Source: Laetmonice hystrix
Lineage: Eukaryota
Reading direction: 5' to 3'
DNA: 64,000 nt
Assembly (NCBI GenBank): GCA_965235115.1
Contig: OZ249440.1
Coordinates: forward strand, 7,936,001-8,000,000
The translations under genes and the position numbers were made by a program. The notes below the pieces were generated by a model. The model ran no database searches and was not told where the DNA came from. It saw nothing but the letters and a program-made list of their open reading frames with translations. Below are positions 50,659 through 63,590 of this stretch, piece after piece; the first letter of the stretch is position 1, and every line of letters starts with the position of its first letter.

Positions 50659-51208
50659 CAAGGTTCTCTTTCCTGAAGGTTCTCTTTCCTGAATGTTCTC
50701 TTTCCTGAATGTTCTCTTTCCTGAATGTTCTCTTTCCTGAAGGTTCTCTTTAATTCCTGAATGTTCTCTTTCCTGAAGGTTCTCTTTAATTCCTGAAGGT
50801 TCTCTTTCCTGAAGGTTCTCTTTCCTGAATGTTCTCTTTCCTGAATGTTCTCTTTCCTGAAGGTTCTCTTTAATTCCTGAATGTTCTCTTTCCTGAATGT
50901 TCTCTTTCCTGAATGTTCTCTTTCCTGAAGGTTCTCTTTAATTCCTGAATGTTCCCTTTCCTGAATGTTCTCTTTCCTGAATGTTCTCTTTCCTGAAGGT
51001 TCTCTTTCCTGGAGGTTCTCTTTCCTGAATGTTCTCTTTCCCGAATGTTCTCTTTCCTGAAGGTTCTCTTTCCTGAAGGTTCTCTTTCCTGAATGTTCTC
51101 CTTCCTGAAGGTTCTCTTTAATTCCTGAATGTTCCCTTTCCCGAATGTTCTCTTTCCTGAAGGTTCTCTTTCCTGAATGTTCTCTTTCCTGAAGGTTCTC
51201 CTTCCTGG
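50659..51208. repeat. Minisatellite, 16-bp unit (G/T)GTTCTCTTTCCTGAA with 20-bp insertion variants, ~33 copies
   Basis: Repeated GGTTCTCTTTCCTGAA / TGTTCTCTTTCCTGAA and GGTTCTCTTTAATTCCTGAA; source of the 185-aa KRTFRKEN ORF. Confidence 0.95.
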
Positions 51209-53854
51209 AGAACAACTTGGAATTGGATACGGGGAAATGATGAGTTTACCCTGGCCTGTGATGGATCATCCTCAGTGTAAACAATGGCTGGGTTTTGATT
51301 ACACCGCCTTATCGTCTGCTGACGTTGCGTTCCCGTGACCCGCTAAACGACTGACGTTGCGTCCCTTTGACCCGCCAAACGACGGGCCAGCCACCTCCTC
51401 CTCCTCCTCCTCCTCATCCTCCTTCTCCCCGGACCGTTCCACTTTACTGGACACATGATGTTCTCACCAGACCGACCACATCTGTTGTTTCATCAACCAC
51501 ACCAAAGTGAGAAGCTTCCAAAAGGCCAGGTGCTTTCGTGCAAGTCCCAATCGCCGTCATCCCAGCCCTAATGGATCAATTTATGGCTCGTGTTTCCTTA
51601 ATAAGTAAATTATGAATCGCCATAATGGATCGATCAAACGTCCAGGTACCCGTAGTTAAGAGACAACGCCGTGGTCTCTGCGATCCTATCAGACTAATAT
51701 ACGTGACTATTATTTTAAACCGGTCCTACATTGTGTTTGGCAGCCAAAATTTTGGCAGCCAAAATCGTGGTCATCCTAACAGTTCCGGCCTTCTACACAC
51801 AGACTTTCAGCGACAGACAGGGCCATAAATCGCGTCCACGACAATGTAATTAAAGCGCTTTCTTGTCGCCCGCACCGTCCTCGATAGGTACATTTGAAAG
51901 CCTTGTTTATACCGCACAATGTAACTGAACCGAATACTCCACCTCATTTAAAACTCACAGACAATTCTGACACAGATATGCAGTGACAACCAAATTATGT
52001 GTTGAATGGCGGAGGTTTGGCTTTACATATTAAACAATATTAACTGAAATGGACACGCCATGCAGGCTGTAAACGCTGGTAGTTTAATACGGCCACTGAC
52101 AAGGATTTTTAAAGGTTAAAAAACAAGGTTTGTGAAAAGAAATTAAAAAAACAACTTCTAAACGTAAACTGTGAAGTGAATGGAAAGTGTCGAGTTATCA
52201 TGGAATTATAGAATCAGCTATTTCGTACCAATTAACAGAATTATATTTACAAAAGGTATCAATAACAAATTTAATTTAAAGAGAATAAGGCGGAGACAAC
52301 GTTTTTGAGAATGTTAATTCGTCAAAAGTGCTCAACAAATTGTCGACGTTTGATGAAATCATATAAACCTAATTTATACAACTGCAATGTGCGTTCAATA
52401 TTATAGGAAGGGGCCTATAGAGGCTATAGGCCTACGTTTGTCGGTGGAAGAACCCTTCGGGATGGGATAATGGGATAGCTCACAGCTTCACGCTTCACTA
52501 GCTCTTACGGGTTTTTTTTAAATAACAAAGTTCTTTTTAAATAAAGTATTTGATGACTGATTGATCCGTACAGCCCAGCCGTATAACTCGCACAGCGTCT
52601 CCTGATTGACAATTATTTCGGAAAGCGCTCCCTAGGTGGCGCCCCGGTTGTTATCCGTAGCCAAGGTCACGACGTTTACACAAATTTCAGCGATACTTCA
52701 GCCGACTGTCAACACACTCAGCCACATTATAGATCTCAACCTTCTAATTTTCGTCGATTACGTGGACGGAATAAGATAATACACACGGTCGCCGTTATGC
52801 ATTGGCCATGAAGGACACTGCAGTGGCTGTCAAGAGCCGGTGAAGTGGTAACTTCTGCTGAGAATTAATTCCGAGCATCGATCGTCTGCCTGAGGACGCG
52901 CGCGCCATCCTAACTTTGCCCGCGCTCCTTTACGTGTCGTCTGCCATTATTTTCCCTACATTTGACTCTTTTGTATCGCTTCCCCTGCCGAAGCGATTCG
53001 TTACACGATTACATGAGAGGTTAGTGCTCTGCCTGCCGCTTCCTCGGAAGGTTTCCATTACCTTACCATTAGCCTTGGAGATCTAGTTAAATATGCCAAT
53101 TCCAGGCGCAAGGCCCGCCTAAAAGCTCGGTGAATTTGGCCATTTGACAGCGGGTTCAGGTAACACCACGGGCCATTTGTCATCGCCAAGTGTCCGTGAG
53201 TTGACATCAAGCGCTCTGTTTAATTGGTGAATTAAAATCTATAAACCGTTAAAACAAGACCGCCAAGAGGCCGAGGGTGCTGTCACATGAGCCAGTCAGG
53301 CCGGGGACCCGATACGGCGGCGGCCGGGCCACCATACGGCCGCCCGGCTCGCACACATTGGCCGTGATTATTTTGCTCTTCAGAAGCAATGCTGTGCACT
53401 GCTCGGCCGTAATTGCTGGTTATCTGTCTTCATTGTCCAAACCAACATAGACATCCAGAAAGCAAGCACCATAATGGCTGCGTTAAAGTCTCACGTAAAG
53501 TATGGGAAATCACGTACTTAACTGAATTTGCGCAAAAACGCCGGGCGTCATTTTTCCATTTTGTCCTTGCTGTGATCACGCGATTTCAGTGAGCGACCAC
53601 TCGCCGCGGTGGCGTGCACACTGATTGGCATATCATGTGGATATATTATTTTGATATTAAGAAGAGATATGAGCGACAATTATGGACGACATTTGAGAAC
53701 AGTTCTCGGCACACATAAATAACTGTGATATACTGTTCACTGAAGTTGTGGTACATTATTCAATTTTCGAGAGACGATAGAAACATTATTATCGAGTGGG
53801 GCAGATTTTATGGACTGTAGAGGATGATATGCCTTCACTCATTTCTTTCAGAAA

Positions 53855-53970
53855 TTCTTCGTTTTCTTCTTCTTTTTCCTCTTCTTCTTCATTTTCTTCT
53901 TCCCCGCCCTCCTACTCTTCCTTCTCTTTCTTCTCCCTCTTCTTCGTCTTTTTCTTCTTTCTTCTTTCCA
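53855..53970. repeat. CT-rich low-complexity tract (TCT)n
   Basis: Polypyrimidine run. Confidence 0.85.
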
Positions 53971-55352
53971 ATACATGCATATTGTACTGTATACACGTTA
54001 CGTTTATACCATCGTTTAGATGTCCCTGAGACTGAGGTAATGAAAATACTCATCTAAAGTTACTGTGCCAGGCGGTCAAGGGCATGCGTTTATACGTGCG
54101 TGTCAGAGAGCATGTTGTAAAGGTATAAGATTAATATTTTATGTGATCATACGGCTAGCAGAACACTTTTTGTAAGCATCTCAGCCATAAACAAACATCT
54201 GGATTAAAACTATAAAGTTTTTTCTTAAGTCCCCCCCCCCCACCCCTTCATAAATAGGTCGGACATAATTACAGTGTCTGGGAGTCCTGGTCTCCTTAAT
54301 TTCTCCAAGGCGACACTGGTCTGGATGCATGCATGATATCTACAGACCAGGTTTATGTTTAGCCTTGGCGATTTATACAGTATATCCCCAAAAAATGATA
54401 GTCTAACTTTAGGTGTGCAATATACTTAGATATTTTAGAGCATTGTCGAATTTTGAATTTTGAAGTTGAAGTTGAACATAAAGTTTGATCCCCCTAGATA
54501 ACTCTCAGCAAGTTTGGTGTTGACAGGGTCACGCATTACTGATCACAACCAGTATCTCCTTTTGACAATGGAGCACAGACTATCATTTTTTGGGGACATA
54601 CTGTAGATCGACATGAGCATACTTTGGTACATAATTTGTATATCGGATGTTACTCGTTCTTGTCGGTCAACTGTAGCCGTCTTGGTTTCCCTCTCAGTAT
54701 AGGGAGCGTAAGTCTCGCGACCGAAAACGAGGTTCGGTCTAACTGGGTCAGACCGCTGGCGACATGCAACTTCCGTTACGTCACAATCCCCCACTGGTTT
54801 AACATAGGGCGAGCGTACACCTCTCCAAACATCGGCCTTTCTTTTGACAATTAAATATTTCTTAAGTATGAAATGTATTTTTTCTGACATAAGAGATGTT
54901 GGTTCTGATGTATAGTCAGTTTGATAACAAAGAGAACAGTATTTTTGGAGTTATCAGTTAGAACGTTTTTTCAATGGGCCTCCCAATGCTAAATGAACGG
55001 AACCGGAATTTGGCTGGCGCCAGTTTGGGCCTCCAAAGCGCATTTCTCGTCGATTCACGCATTGTGACGTGACATACTTACGCTCCCTATTGCTAAATGT
55101 CTGTTACATGAAAAGGGACAAAAGGAACAAACCGTATAAAACAGCTTGCTCTATGCACCTGGATATGATGGCAGGCGAGGTTTCCGTATCTGGTTACGTT
55201 TTGTCGGTCACTCTGTCACAGGTGTGACCACAGGGGGCTGGGAGACTCAGCGTGACCATCTTAGACAACACATATCTCCCGTTGGTAAACGGCATCCGTA
55301 CATCTATATCCTGGCCCTAGCCAAATCACCTTTGTTATCGGGATACCTAATG

Positions 55353-55770
55353 GGGTAGGCAGACCTCATGGGGCAGGCACACATCATGGGGTAGGCAGAC
55401 CTCATGGGGCAGGCAGACCTCATGGGGCACCGAAGGCAGACCTGGCAGGCAGATCTCATGGAGCAGGCAGATCTCATGGTGCAGGCAGACCTGGCAGGCA
55501 GATCTCATGGTGCAGGCAGACCTGGCAGGCAGATCTCATGGGACAGGCAGACCTCATGGGACAGGCAGACCTCATTGGGGCAGGCAGACCTCATGGTGCA
55601 GGCAGACCTCATGGTGCAGGCAGACCTCATGGTGCAGGCAGACCTCATGGTGCAGGCAGACCTCATGGGACAGGCAGACCTCATTGGGACAGGTAGACCT
55701 CATGGGGCATGCAGACCTCATTGGGACAGGTAGACCTCATTGGAGCAGATAGACCTCATGGGGCATGCAT
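55353..55770. repeat. Minisatellite, 18-19-bp unit GCAGGCAGACCTCATGG(T/G), ~22 copies
   Basis: Repeated GGCAGACCTCATGG core with short GGCAGACCTGGCA variants. Confidence 0.9.
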
Positions 55771-58700
55771 TTTGTATCCCGCTGATTGTGGTCTACAAGG
55801 AGAACTATTGACGATCACATGTCCATCGATCAACTTGTAAGTCCCGTTTCCGCCCAGCGCGGTTTCAAGTGTATCAAATTCACCGTGAACTCCTTCACCG
55901 GTGACATGATATCAGATTGATATATGTCTGGAATTAAACTGCTTCTTGGGCGGAGCATGCGGTACATTTTTCAGCTCTATTCTATACACCATCCTTCAGT
56001 AACCGGGAGCGTTGTTCGTAAAGTATAGGTGAATTTGGGACTAAATATTGATATCGTTCGTACAAGAGCTGAAGAAGCTAACTATAGCCTATCTCAAGTG
56101 AGGCAGGAAATGCCTGATTGGCTATATTCTGATAGGTCACCTGCCTGGGGCAGATATACAATCATCATTAACGATCAAGCGATAGGTATAGTTCCGTCAA
56201 CTTCATTTTCTCTCACTCCCTCTCTCTCCTCTGCTCACATGCGCACCTCCCTGCCGATTTCTTGAGAAGCCTCAGAGCGATAATTTGGCCCGTCTAAAGT
56301 GACGCTGACGTGTGTTTGTTTCCCAGCGTCCCAGTGGGAGCCAAATTACACCGCCCTACCCCCGCCCCGTCCCCAACTGTCTCACCGACACGACAGCAGG
56401 CGTATTGTGGGACGTTAAACAGTGCTCGGGGGTAAGTACCCCTCCATTACCCTACCCCCTCCTAGCTCCCGGTCAACAAACCAATCAAATTATCAACCTT
56501 CTATATTCTCTTTTCTCATCACAGTTTTTGGCCAGACCGTTGTCAATTTCTGCAAGTTGAGACTGCAGGAAGTATAGTCTCCCAAACGTCCTTACCGTAG
56601 TTCCGGTCAATCTCTGCACTGATGTACAATGGCGAACTGAGGGATGCCTGAGGTTTCATGTATTCCTGGCTGGTCCCCTGTCTCACTCCTCTCGGAGGCA
56701 GGGGACCAGCCAGACTCGATGGAGATTGGCAGTGTGGGCCGAAAGAATATAGGACAAGTCTAAGGGAAGTGGCTCGTAATTTCAATCGAATTATTGAGGG
56801 GCTAGACAATTTTCCATTGAATTATTTAGGGGGGGGGGGCTAGACGAACAGAGTCCATGGTTCTTCCTAGCAAAATAGGATAATTATTAGGGACCAATGA
56901 AAATACTGGGGGGGGGGGTAAAGCCCCCCCCCCCCCCCCGAATTATGGCCGTGTGATGTGTCCTCAGTTATAGTGGCCAGCCAAGGTTTCTGCTCAGTAT
57001 CATTTTGACACGTCAGAATGTCGCCGGTATCAGCCAATATCCCAATGGGTTGATCCCACTGTGGCGAATACCCTCAGGGTATCGAAGATGTAGAATCTTT
57101 CAGGGGTCAGCCCCCCGTGAAATTTGGGCCACCCCCTTATAATCTAGGGGCCTGAAACTAAGAACGTCTCACACCAGGCGCGCACACGGAGGCAAGTCTG
57201 TGTTGTGTTTGGTTAATTTGACTCATTAGGCATCGAATTACCACGGGTTTGGAGGCGAGTAATGGAGTCTGCCCTCGGGCAGGTGAAATTCCTTGTTCAT
57301 CTGACAGAGCAAACTGTGGTCTGATTGATAAATTAGCGCAAATTATAGCTTTGCGACGTGGCCCCAGCCTCTGGGTGGCTGGCCCCATTGCAGCCCCTTC
57401 TCAGCTTACCGTTGGACCGGCTGCGGTCCGCCGAGCACCGCCCTAAGTAGCGAGTTGATGTGCTGATCCCCTCCTTGACAACTGCCCGATTGCGAACAGC
57501 CCTCTGCCATTATACACAAGGTAAACAGTGGGAGAGACTCTCCCAGGAAACTTGAAAGAAAGAAGAAAAACTGGCCGATTTGTCACGGCCGCCTGACATA
57601 TGGGATGTTTAAACGCTAGGTGACAGAATTGCCAGTTCTCATGCATGCAGGGAGATATTTCACCACTAATTTCGTCTCGTTAGGGAAGTTAGTGTCCTTG
57701 TCTGAAAGGTTTACGGGACACCAACGTGTCCATTTTTTGTCCGAACAAAACTACAGTTCAGCATGAACCGCTGACCTCTAACTTTCCGTCCAATCAACTT
57801 CTACCGACATACATTTGGTTGCGAATGAACTGTGAGCAGAGAAAGGGCGAAGGATAGACCAGAAACGGGGAGGGGAAAGTGTCAAACAGTGGGGGTAATC
57901 ATCTAATTTGAGACACCGGAAATGAGCATTGACAACGGTAAGGTTGTAACTGTTGTGTGACCAAACCACGCCTGGATGTGTTACCGTAACGACTGCTCAA
58001 CCTACAACATGATTACACCATGATTAGAGTATTTATCTCGCTGTGAAGCAAAGGTCTTAAAGTAATAAAGTAATTAGCAGAGTGACCTCAGGGTTATAGG
58101 AACAGTAGACGATCGTTCAGCCCGTTTTAAACAAGGGATCCCTACTGTAGACCAGGTAGCTGGACGGCCTGGGGACAGACAGACCGGGCGAGCGAACAGA
58201 TATACGACCCTCGACTAATAGTTAGCTCACCGGGGCATCCACGTCTCTGCGAACACTGGTATATTAGCTTGTCAGGACGAGAAGGGCGTCCTACCAGGAG
58301 GTCCTGCGGCTATACGGCCGGTCCATGACAAAGAACTTTGTACCCATCCCATTACACTCGTCATCCGGGCTCCGAACGTCGTCGTCCTTCACGACGTGAC
58401 ATGCGCACTGAAGGAGCAACCGGTGCTGCCCTTGCGGCTTTGAAAGACGTGATAACGCTAACTATGGCCAGGCACTTTCTCACGTCAATGTCCGTGCCAA
58501 CTTGATTAAGGTAATGGAGGAAATAAAATGAGATTTCAGTGTTATATTGCAGGGCTCAGACAAAACAAATCGATTTAAGTTGAGGGTAAAGGAATGATTT
58601 GAGCTTACCTTGGGAATAAGATAAGCAAGCCTAAAACTTTAGGTAAAGCATTCACCGATAGCTGCTTAATAAATTGAGGCGGGTTACTCTAGACAGGACT

Positions 58701-60422
58701 ACACGTATACAAATATATATAAAAGAAAACTCGGTGCTACTTAATGTATTTCGAGGGTGAAAGGTGGAAGTCGACATCTCCCCTTTCATGAAAAACAGAT
58801 TCTCGTTAACAAATATAATCGGCCTTCACAGTGGCAGACACAGACTGCCGATACCGGCGACATCTCCGTTATCAAGGACAACATATTTTCACTACTCCAT
58901 GCTTGGTGTTCCAACAGTACATTACGTGAACGAGATCAGCCATGTCGGAACTGTGGATACAAATCTTCAACTCAGTGCTGATATGTGTCATACCTGAGGA
59001 AAGTAACACCAGATAATAACACCGCGTAAGATAGCGAGAAATATTCTGTCAACAGATAACGAGGCGAAGATGATGTAAGAAGCAGAGAGTGTCGGCATAG
59101 GGCGCCAGGTCCCTTTAACATTGGACACGTAAGTGGGACATTGAGTCAGCGGCGCTTCCCCTCGGACTGCCACAGTGGCGTGTTGGCTGCATGTATTACG
59201 TCTGACCTCTCGTGCTCTTCCGCAGGCCGCCGCACATGATGCCATACTTCAAATTATTGGTCCCTAAATCTCTGCTATCGAACTTATCAGGGCCGTAAGC
59301 GACCAGAACGCTGAGCTGGTCTACGTGTGAGGCTACACCAGTCTCCGTGCGCATGCCCTGTGACCTCAGAGGGAAGACGTCAGAGGCATTACTCGGCAAA
59401 TAGACGCATGATTAAAACAAAGCCGCATGCAATGCTCTAAAACCTCGAAACTACCCATAGCTAACGAGGCAGACCAAGATGCTGTCTGTTGGTAAATTTC
59501 TGAGATGAATCACTGCGGGAAGCCACCCACGTCTTGCCGCAACGTGAGCCTGTTTTGACGGCTCTGGTTGACCGATCAGAGACGTTTAATGACAACCTGT
59601 CAACCTCAATTGCTTGCCGAATTCTCTCACTAGGAGGCGCTGTTTCTGAAACGTACACACCGGAAAAAAGTATCAAAAGTGCATAATTAGGAAATGGTGA
59701 TAGGACAAACAGTAAAGACGAGTATAATTCGTTATCTCGCGGCATTTAGCCTCCTGTGGGAAGGAGATCTCGTGAGAGGTGATGTTCTCGCGAGACGAAT
59801 GGCGGAGGTAGTTGGTGAGGACGTCACAGTACATTCCGCGCAGTGGTGGTGGTCTCAGGGGAAGCCCTGGTAGTGTTTATAACACGGTCAGCCCTATGAT
59901 GTGGTTAACACATGTTCGTGTTAGAAGATAGACTAAAAACAAACAAATTGGCCATGTCAGTTGTCGCCGCCGCACTCATGTGGAAATGAAGGGGAGTAAA
60001 GATCAAGCTCCGCCAACGTAATGACGAATTATCCAAAGTGGGCACAAACCACGTGTGGCTTCATTTTCTGTCACGCATGAGTGGGTGACCCTTTCCGAGT
60101 TCAAGTACGCAGAGTAACGTAACTGAGGGTCAGCAACCAGGTCGCCTTTCAATGGAGTATTTTTTAACAGCGTCGATCAAGGGTCTGCTTATATTTCAAT
60201 ATATCTTATTATAGCAAACCCATGAGGTACGAGTGTAAAACGTTGGACTGTTATCGCTGTCATTGAGCTAATACTATAGACCTTATAAACGTCTACCCTT
60301 CATGCCATCTGTATATTGATATATCTATACTCACAATTTGCTAAGCATCACAAACTATTTTGAGACTATCCTAAAAATCATGCGAAAAAAAGTCAGTGTT
60401 TTTCCATTCAAAAGCATCAGGG

Positions 60423-61056
60423 TCAGTATTCAGTATGTCCCCCTCTGGTATTCAGCATTGGTTGACAACTTCTCGTCATCCCCTGGACCAATCTCCTAAA
60501 TGTCTCTTATGGCAGATTGTCCCATTCCTCAACAAGGGATTGCCCAAGTTCTTGGAGGCTATTGGGTTGGATTGGACGGGCTGACAGTCCAGCCTGGAGC
60601 TTGTATGGGGTTAAGGTCAGGTGAGCATGCTGGTCAGTTCATCCGGTCAATTCCCTCCTCCTCTAGATATTAGGTCACCAGTCTGGCGTTATCATTGACA
60701 AGGACGAAGTCTGGACCTATTGCACCTGCATATGGTCGAACAATGGGATCCAGGACCTCATCTCTGTACAATGGGATCCAAGATCTCATCTCTGTACAAT
60801 GGGATCCAAGATTTCATTACTGTACAATGGGATCCAGCATCTCATCTATGTACAATGGGATCCAGGATCTCATCTCTGTACAATGGGATCCAGGATCTCA
60901 TCTCTGTACAATGGAATCCATGATCTCATCTCTGTACAATGGGATCCAGGATCTCATCTCTGTACAGTGGGATCCAGGATCTCATCTCTGTACAATGGGA
61001 TCCAGCATATCATTTCTGTACCGTTCTCCGGTCAGAGTCCCATTCTGGATGATGTA
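60423..61056 (-). pseudogene. Degenerate Tc1-family transposase C-terminal half (DDE region), interrupted by a self-derived minisatellite
   Basis: The minus strand reads YIIQNGTLTGERYRNDMLDPIV-[array]-YRDEVLDPIVRPYAGAIGPDFVLVNDNARLVT*YLEEEGIDRMN*PACSPDLNPIQ. After a frameshift it continues ARPIQPNSLQELGQSLVEEWDNLP*ETFRRLVQGMTRSCQPMLNTRGGHTEY*. This matches the Tc1 motifs DNA, WP..SPDLNPIE and GGHT.Y*. Confidence 0.9.
60741..61020. repeat. Minisatellite, 28-bp unit x10, derived from transposase codons
   Basis: + unit CAATGGGATCCAGGATCTCATCTCTGTA; on the minus strand TAC AGA GAT GAG ATC CTG GAT CCC ATT G (YRDEILDPI-V). Confidence 0.95.
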
Positions 61057-62766
61057 GAATAATAATGGATAAAATAAACGAATGGTCACAAGTCATGTTG
61101 GGATAAATATTTCGTTCTCAAAGGAGGAAGTTTTTTTTGCGGTTTAACAGAAAAAAATATTTCCAGCCCTTCCTACCATAAAAAGAATTCCCATCTTCTT
61201 TCTGATAAAAAAGATGGCTGGACAAAAACTCCAGACCCCCTAGACATAGATAGATAATGGTAGCCCCTCGGATACTTGGGTAACGTTTTGCAGTGACTCA
61301 GTAAACTTCTCTGATAGCGTTTCTACCCGGCCGACAGACGGAGGAGGCGTGTCGACAGACAGACATACTTGTACATGCAGCCCTGAAAATAATCACTTTA
61401 TATATTGCGTGGTGTGAGGTCATAATTTATTTCCCTCTTATTATCACCTCGCACCTGTTTTCATGTGAGTTAGCCACAAATCCTCCGATGTAGTCGAGCA
61501 GATGTTATGAGGACATGCATGAGTCCCAACTCCTGCTCAAGTTGTAGGCCATCTCACCTCCTCCTCTTGTGGCTCCTCACGTGGAACTAAACACACACCA
61601 GATTGGTGCTAAATACCATTATTATCTCCACATTAGGGACCGCAGGCACACCTTGGCACTGGGTGAGTGCCACAAAACAAAGACGTCTTTGGCGGGAAGA
61701 GCGTGCTGAGAGAGTGGGTATATGACGGCGGGGCACATCACTGTAAGCAAGGGGACACGACCGGGGCAAACAAATCTACCCCCAGATCACGTCAGATATA
61801 TACCACCCACGTTTGGCCTTCCGTGCAGGTGTTGGCAAGGAGAGACTGCGTACTGGTTCTCTCAGGCAGTTCAGGACACTTGCGTGCTTGATCGTCGTAA
61901 AAAACAGTATCTTTTACATAAAACGTGCACCAAACGGTGAAAATGTACACATGAATATCGTCACACGAGCGCGTCCATATCTGAGATAGTGGTGGGGGAA
62001 ACATGCAACTACTTATCATTAAAGTCACTTTAAACCCTAACATAAGTAAATCTATTTCTATACTACTATACATAATGATATGTATGTATTCCTAATTTGA
62101 TTCTTATCGTTTATTTGTACAGGATGGACGAGTAAATCTTTGACCAGCTCCTCTGACACGTATATTTATAATCTCACACACCGTCTCACTTAGTGATTCA
62201 GATACTCACTTAATTACTCATTCACTGACTCGCCCACGCTCACTTTCCTTCGCTGTCGCTCTCTCTTCATGTCCCGACAGAAGCAGTGTGTTTGTATACC
62301 GCAGCTATCTTCATACCTGAGTGGTCGCCATTCAACAGAGCCGCAATGACTGCTAGTAATTACCACCCGTCACTTTGAATGATGTTGTAAATATTCGCCC
62401 TTTTGGGAGGCATCAAAACACAGACAAAGGTTACTTTATACGGTCCGTATAGCGGCCCTTCAGACGGGTGGTCAACGGAGGGATGAAATGACCACTAACT
62501 GACCACAGGTACATCAGACAAACACCTGTCATGAGTTCTCATTCTAAAGATTGACCTTTTAAAACCCTTGTATAACTAACAGTCAGCTTTACCCATCTTT
62601 GTATTCATTGTCAGTTTATGAGGAAGAAAGGACTTCATGCATGAATGAATACATGTACCATCTACCATACGTACTTACATACATGGGTAAAATGTAAAAT
62701 ACTAGTACATTTATAGTATACATCAATGCAAAGAAGTAACAACTATAGGACACGTCAAGGTGCAGG

Positions 62767-63020
62767 ACAAGGTAAGCTTGCCATAATCTGAGTGAACCTC
62801 AATGTGGGCCCATATAGACAAGGTATGCTTGCCATAATCTGAGTGAACCTCAATGTGGGCCCATATAGACAAGGTATGCTTACCATAATCTGACTAAACC
62901 TCAATGTAACCCATAGGCAAGGTGTACTTGGTCTGACTGAAGCTCAATTTGGGCCCATATATAGGCAAGGTGTGCTTGCTATAATCTGACTGAACCTAAT
63001 GTGGTCCGATGGGCAAGGTA
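62767..63020. repeat. Degenerate minisatellite, ~50-52-bp unit x5
   Basis: Repeated GACAAGGTATGCTTGCCATAATCTGAGTGAACCTCAATGTGGGCCCATATA with progressive divergence. Confidence 0.85.
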
Positions 63021-63350
63021 TATGATTGTGATAGGTCTATAGACACTGAGGGCACGTACATCATCACTGCACTTTCTGCTGCTCTGATTGCACCGGAAAC
63101 ATAAACATTGCTGGGAGTCCGGTACATGGTCATACATTAGACCTCAATCATGGGAGGTAGCCCTGCAGTACAACGTTTACTCTACCTGCAGGTTCCCTGG
63201 GGCTAAAGTTCATTCATGCTCTAATCATGCTGACAATCTGCAGGAGTTTCGGGGGAAACATCAGACTTTCTCTGCACTTTCAACCGGTCGTTTTATCCAC
63301 GACACGTGTTTTTTTTATATGTACATGGTAGGTCTTTCTTGATGGTATGT

Positions 63351-63590
63351 CGTCCTGTCTCAGAATGTCTCCTCCCGAGGCCTGCTGTCACAGAGGGCCG
63401 TTACACTACTTTCTGTGTAGTATTGACAGCCCAATGTAAATGTTCCGCGTACTAAGTTATTCAGTTTGTCCTGTCTCAGAATGTCTCCTCCCGAGGTCTG
63501 CTGTCACAGAGGTCCTATACACACTATTTTCTGTGTAGTACTGACAGCCCAATGTAAATGTTCCCCGTACTAATGTTATTCAGTTTGTGC
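63351..63590. repeat. Tandem duplication, ~117-bp period x2
   Basis: GTCCTGTCTCAGAATGTCTCCTCCCGAGG...GTTATTCAGTTTGT is present twice. Confidence 0.9.

Noticed and set aside
56880-57155. Poly-G/poly-C blocks with MITE-like right ends (GAATTATGGCCGTG, CTAGGGGCCTG)
   Set aside because: No matching left TIR or TSD was found. Probably decayed MITEs, but the boundaries cannot be supported.
153-61062. Long ORFs with periodic peptides (e.g. 10786-11483, 16817-17594, 29923-32724, 41514-42128, 50658-51215, 60695-61062)
   Set aside because: They are translations of tandem repeats that lack stops. They occur in several frames and on both strands, with no splice or domain evidence.
62098-62143. Splice-acceptor-like TTTATTTGTACAG followed by a short frame
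   Set aside because: The frames close within a few codons and there is no partner exon or homology.
159-63020. Apparent shared CCAT/ATGG core in roughly 11 of 18 minisatellite units
   Set aside because: A 4-mer on either strand is common in units of this length, and I cannot show enrichment without a proper test.
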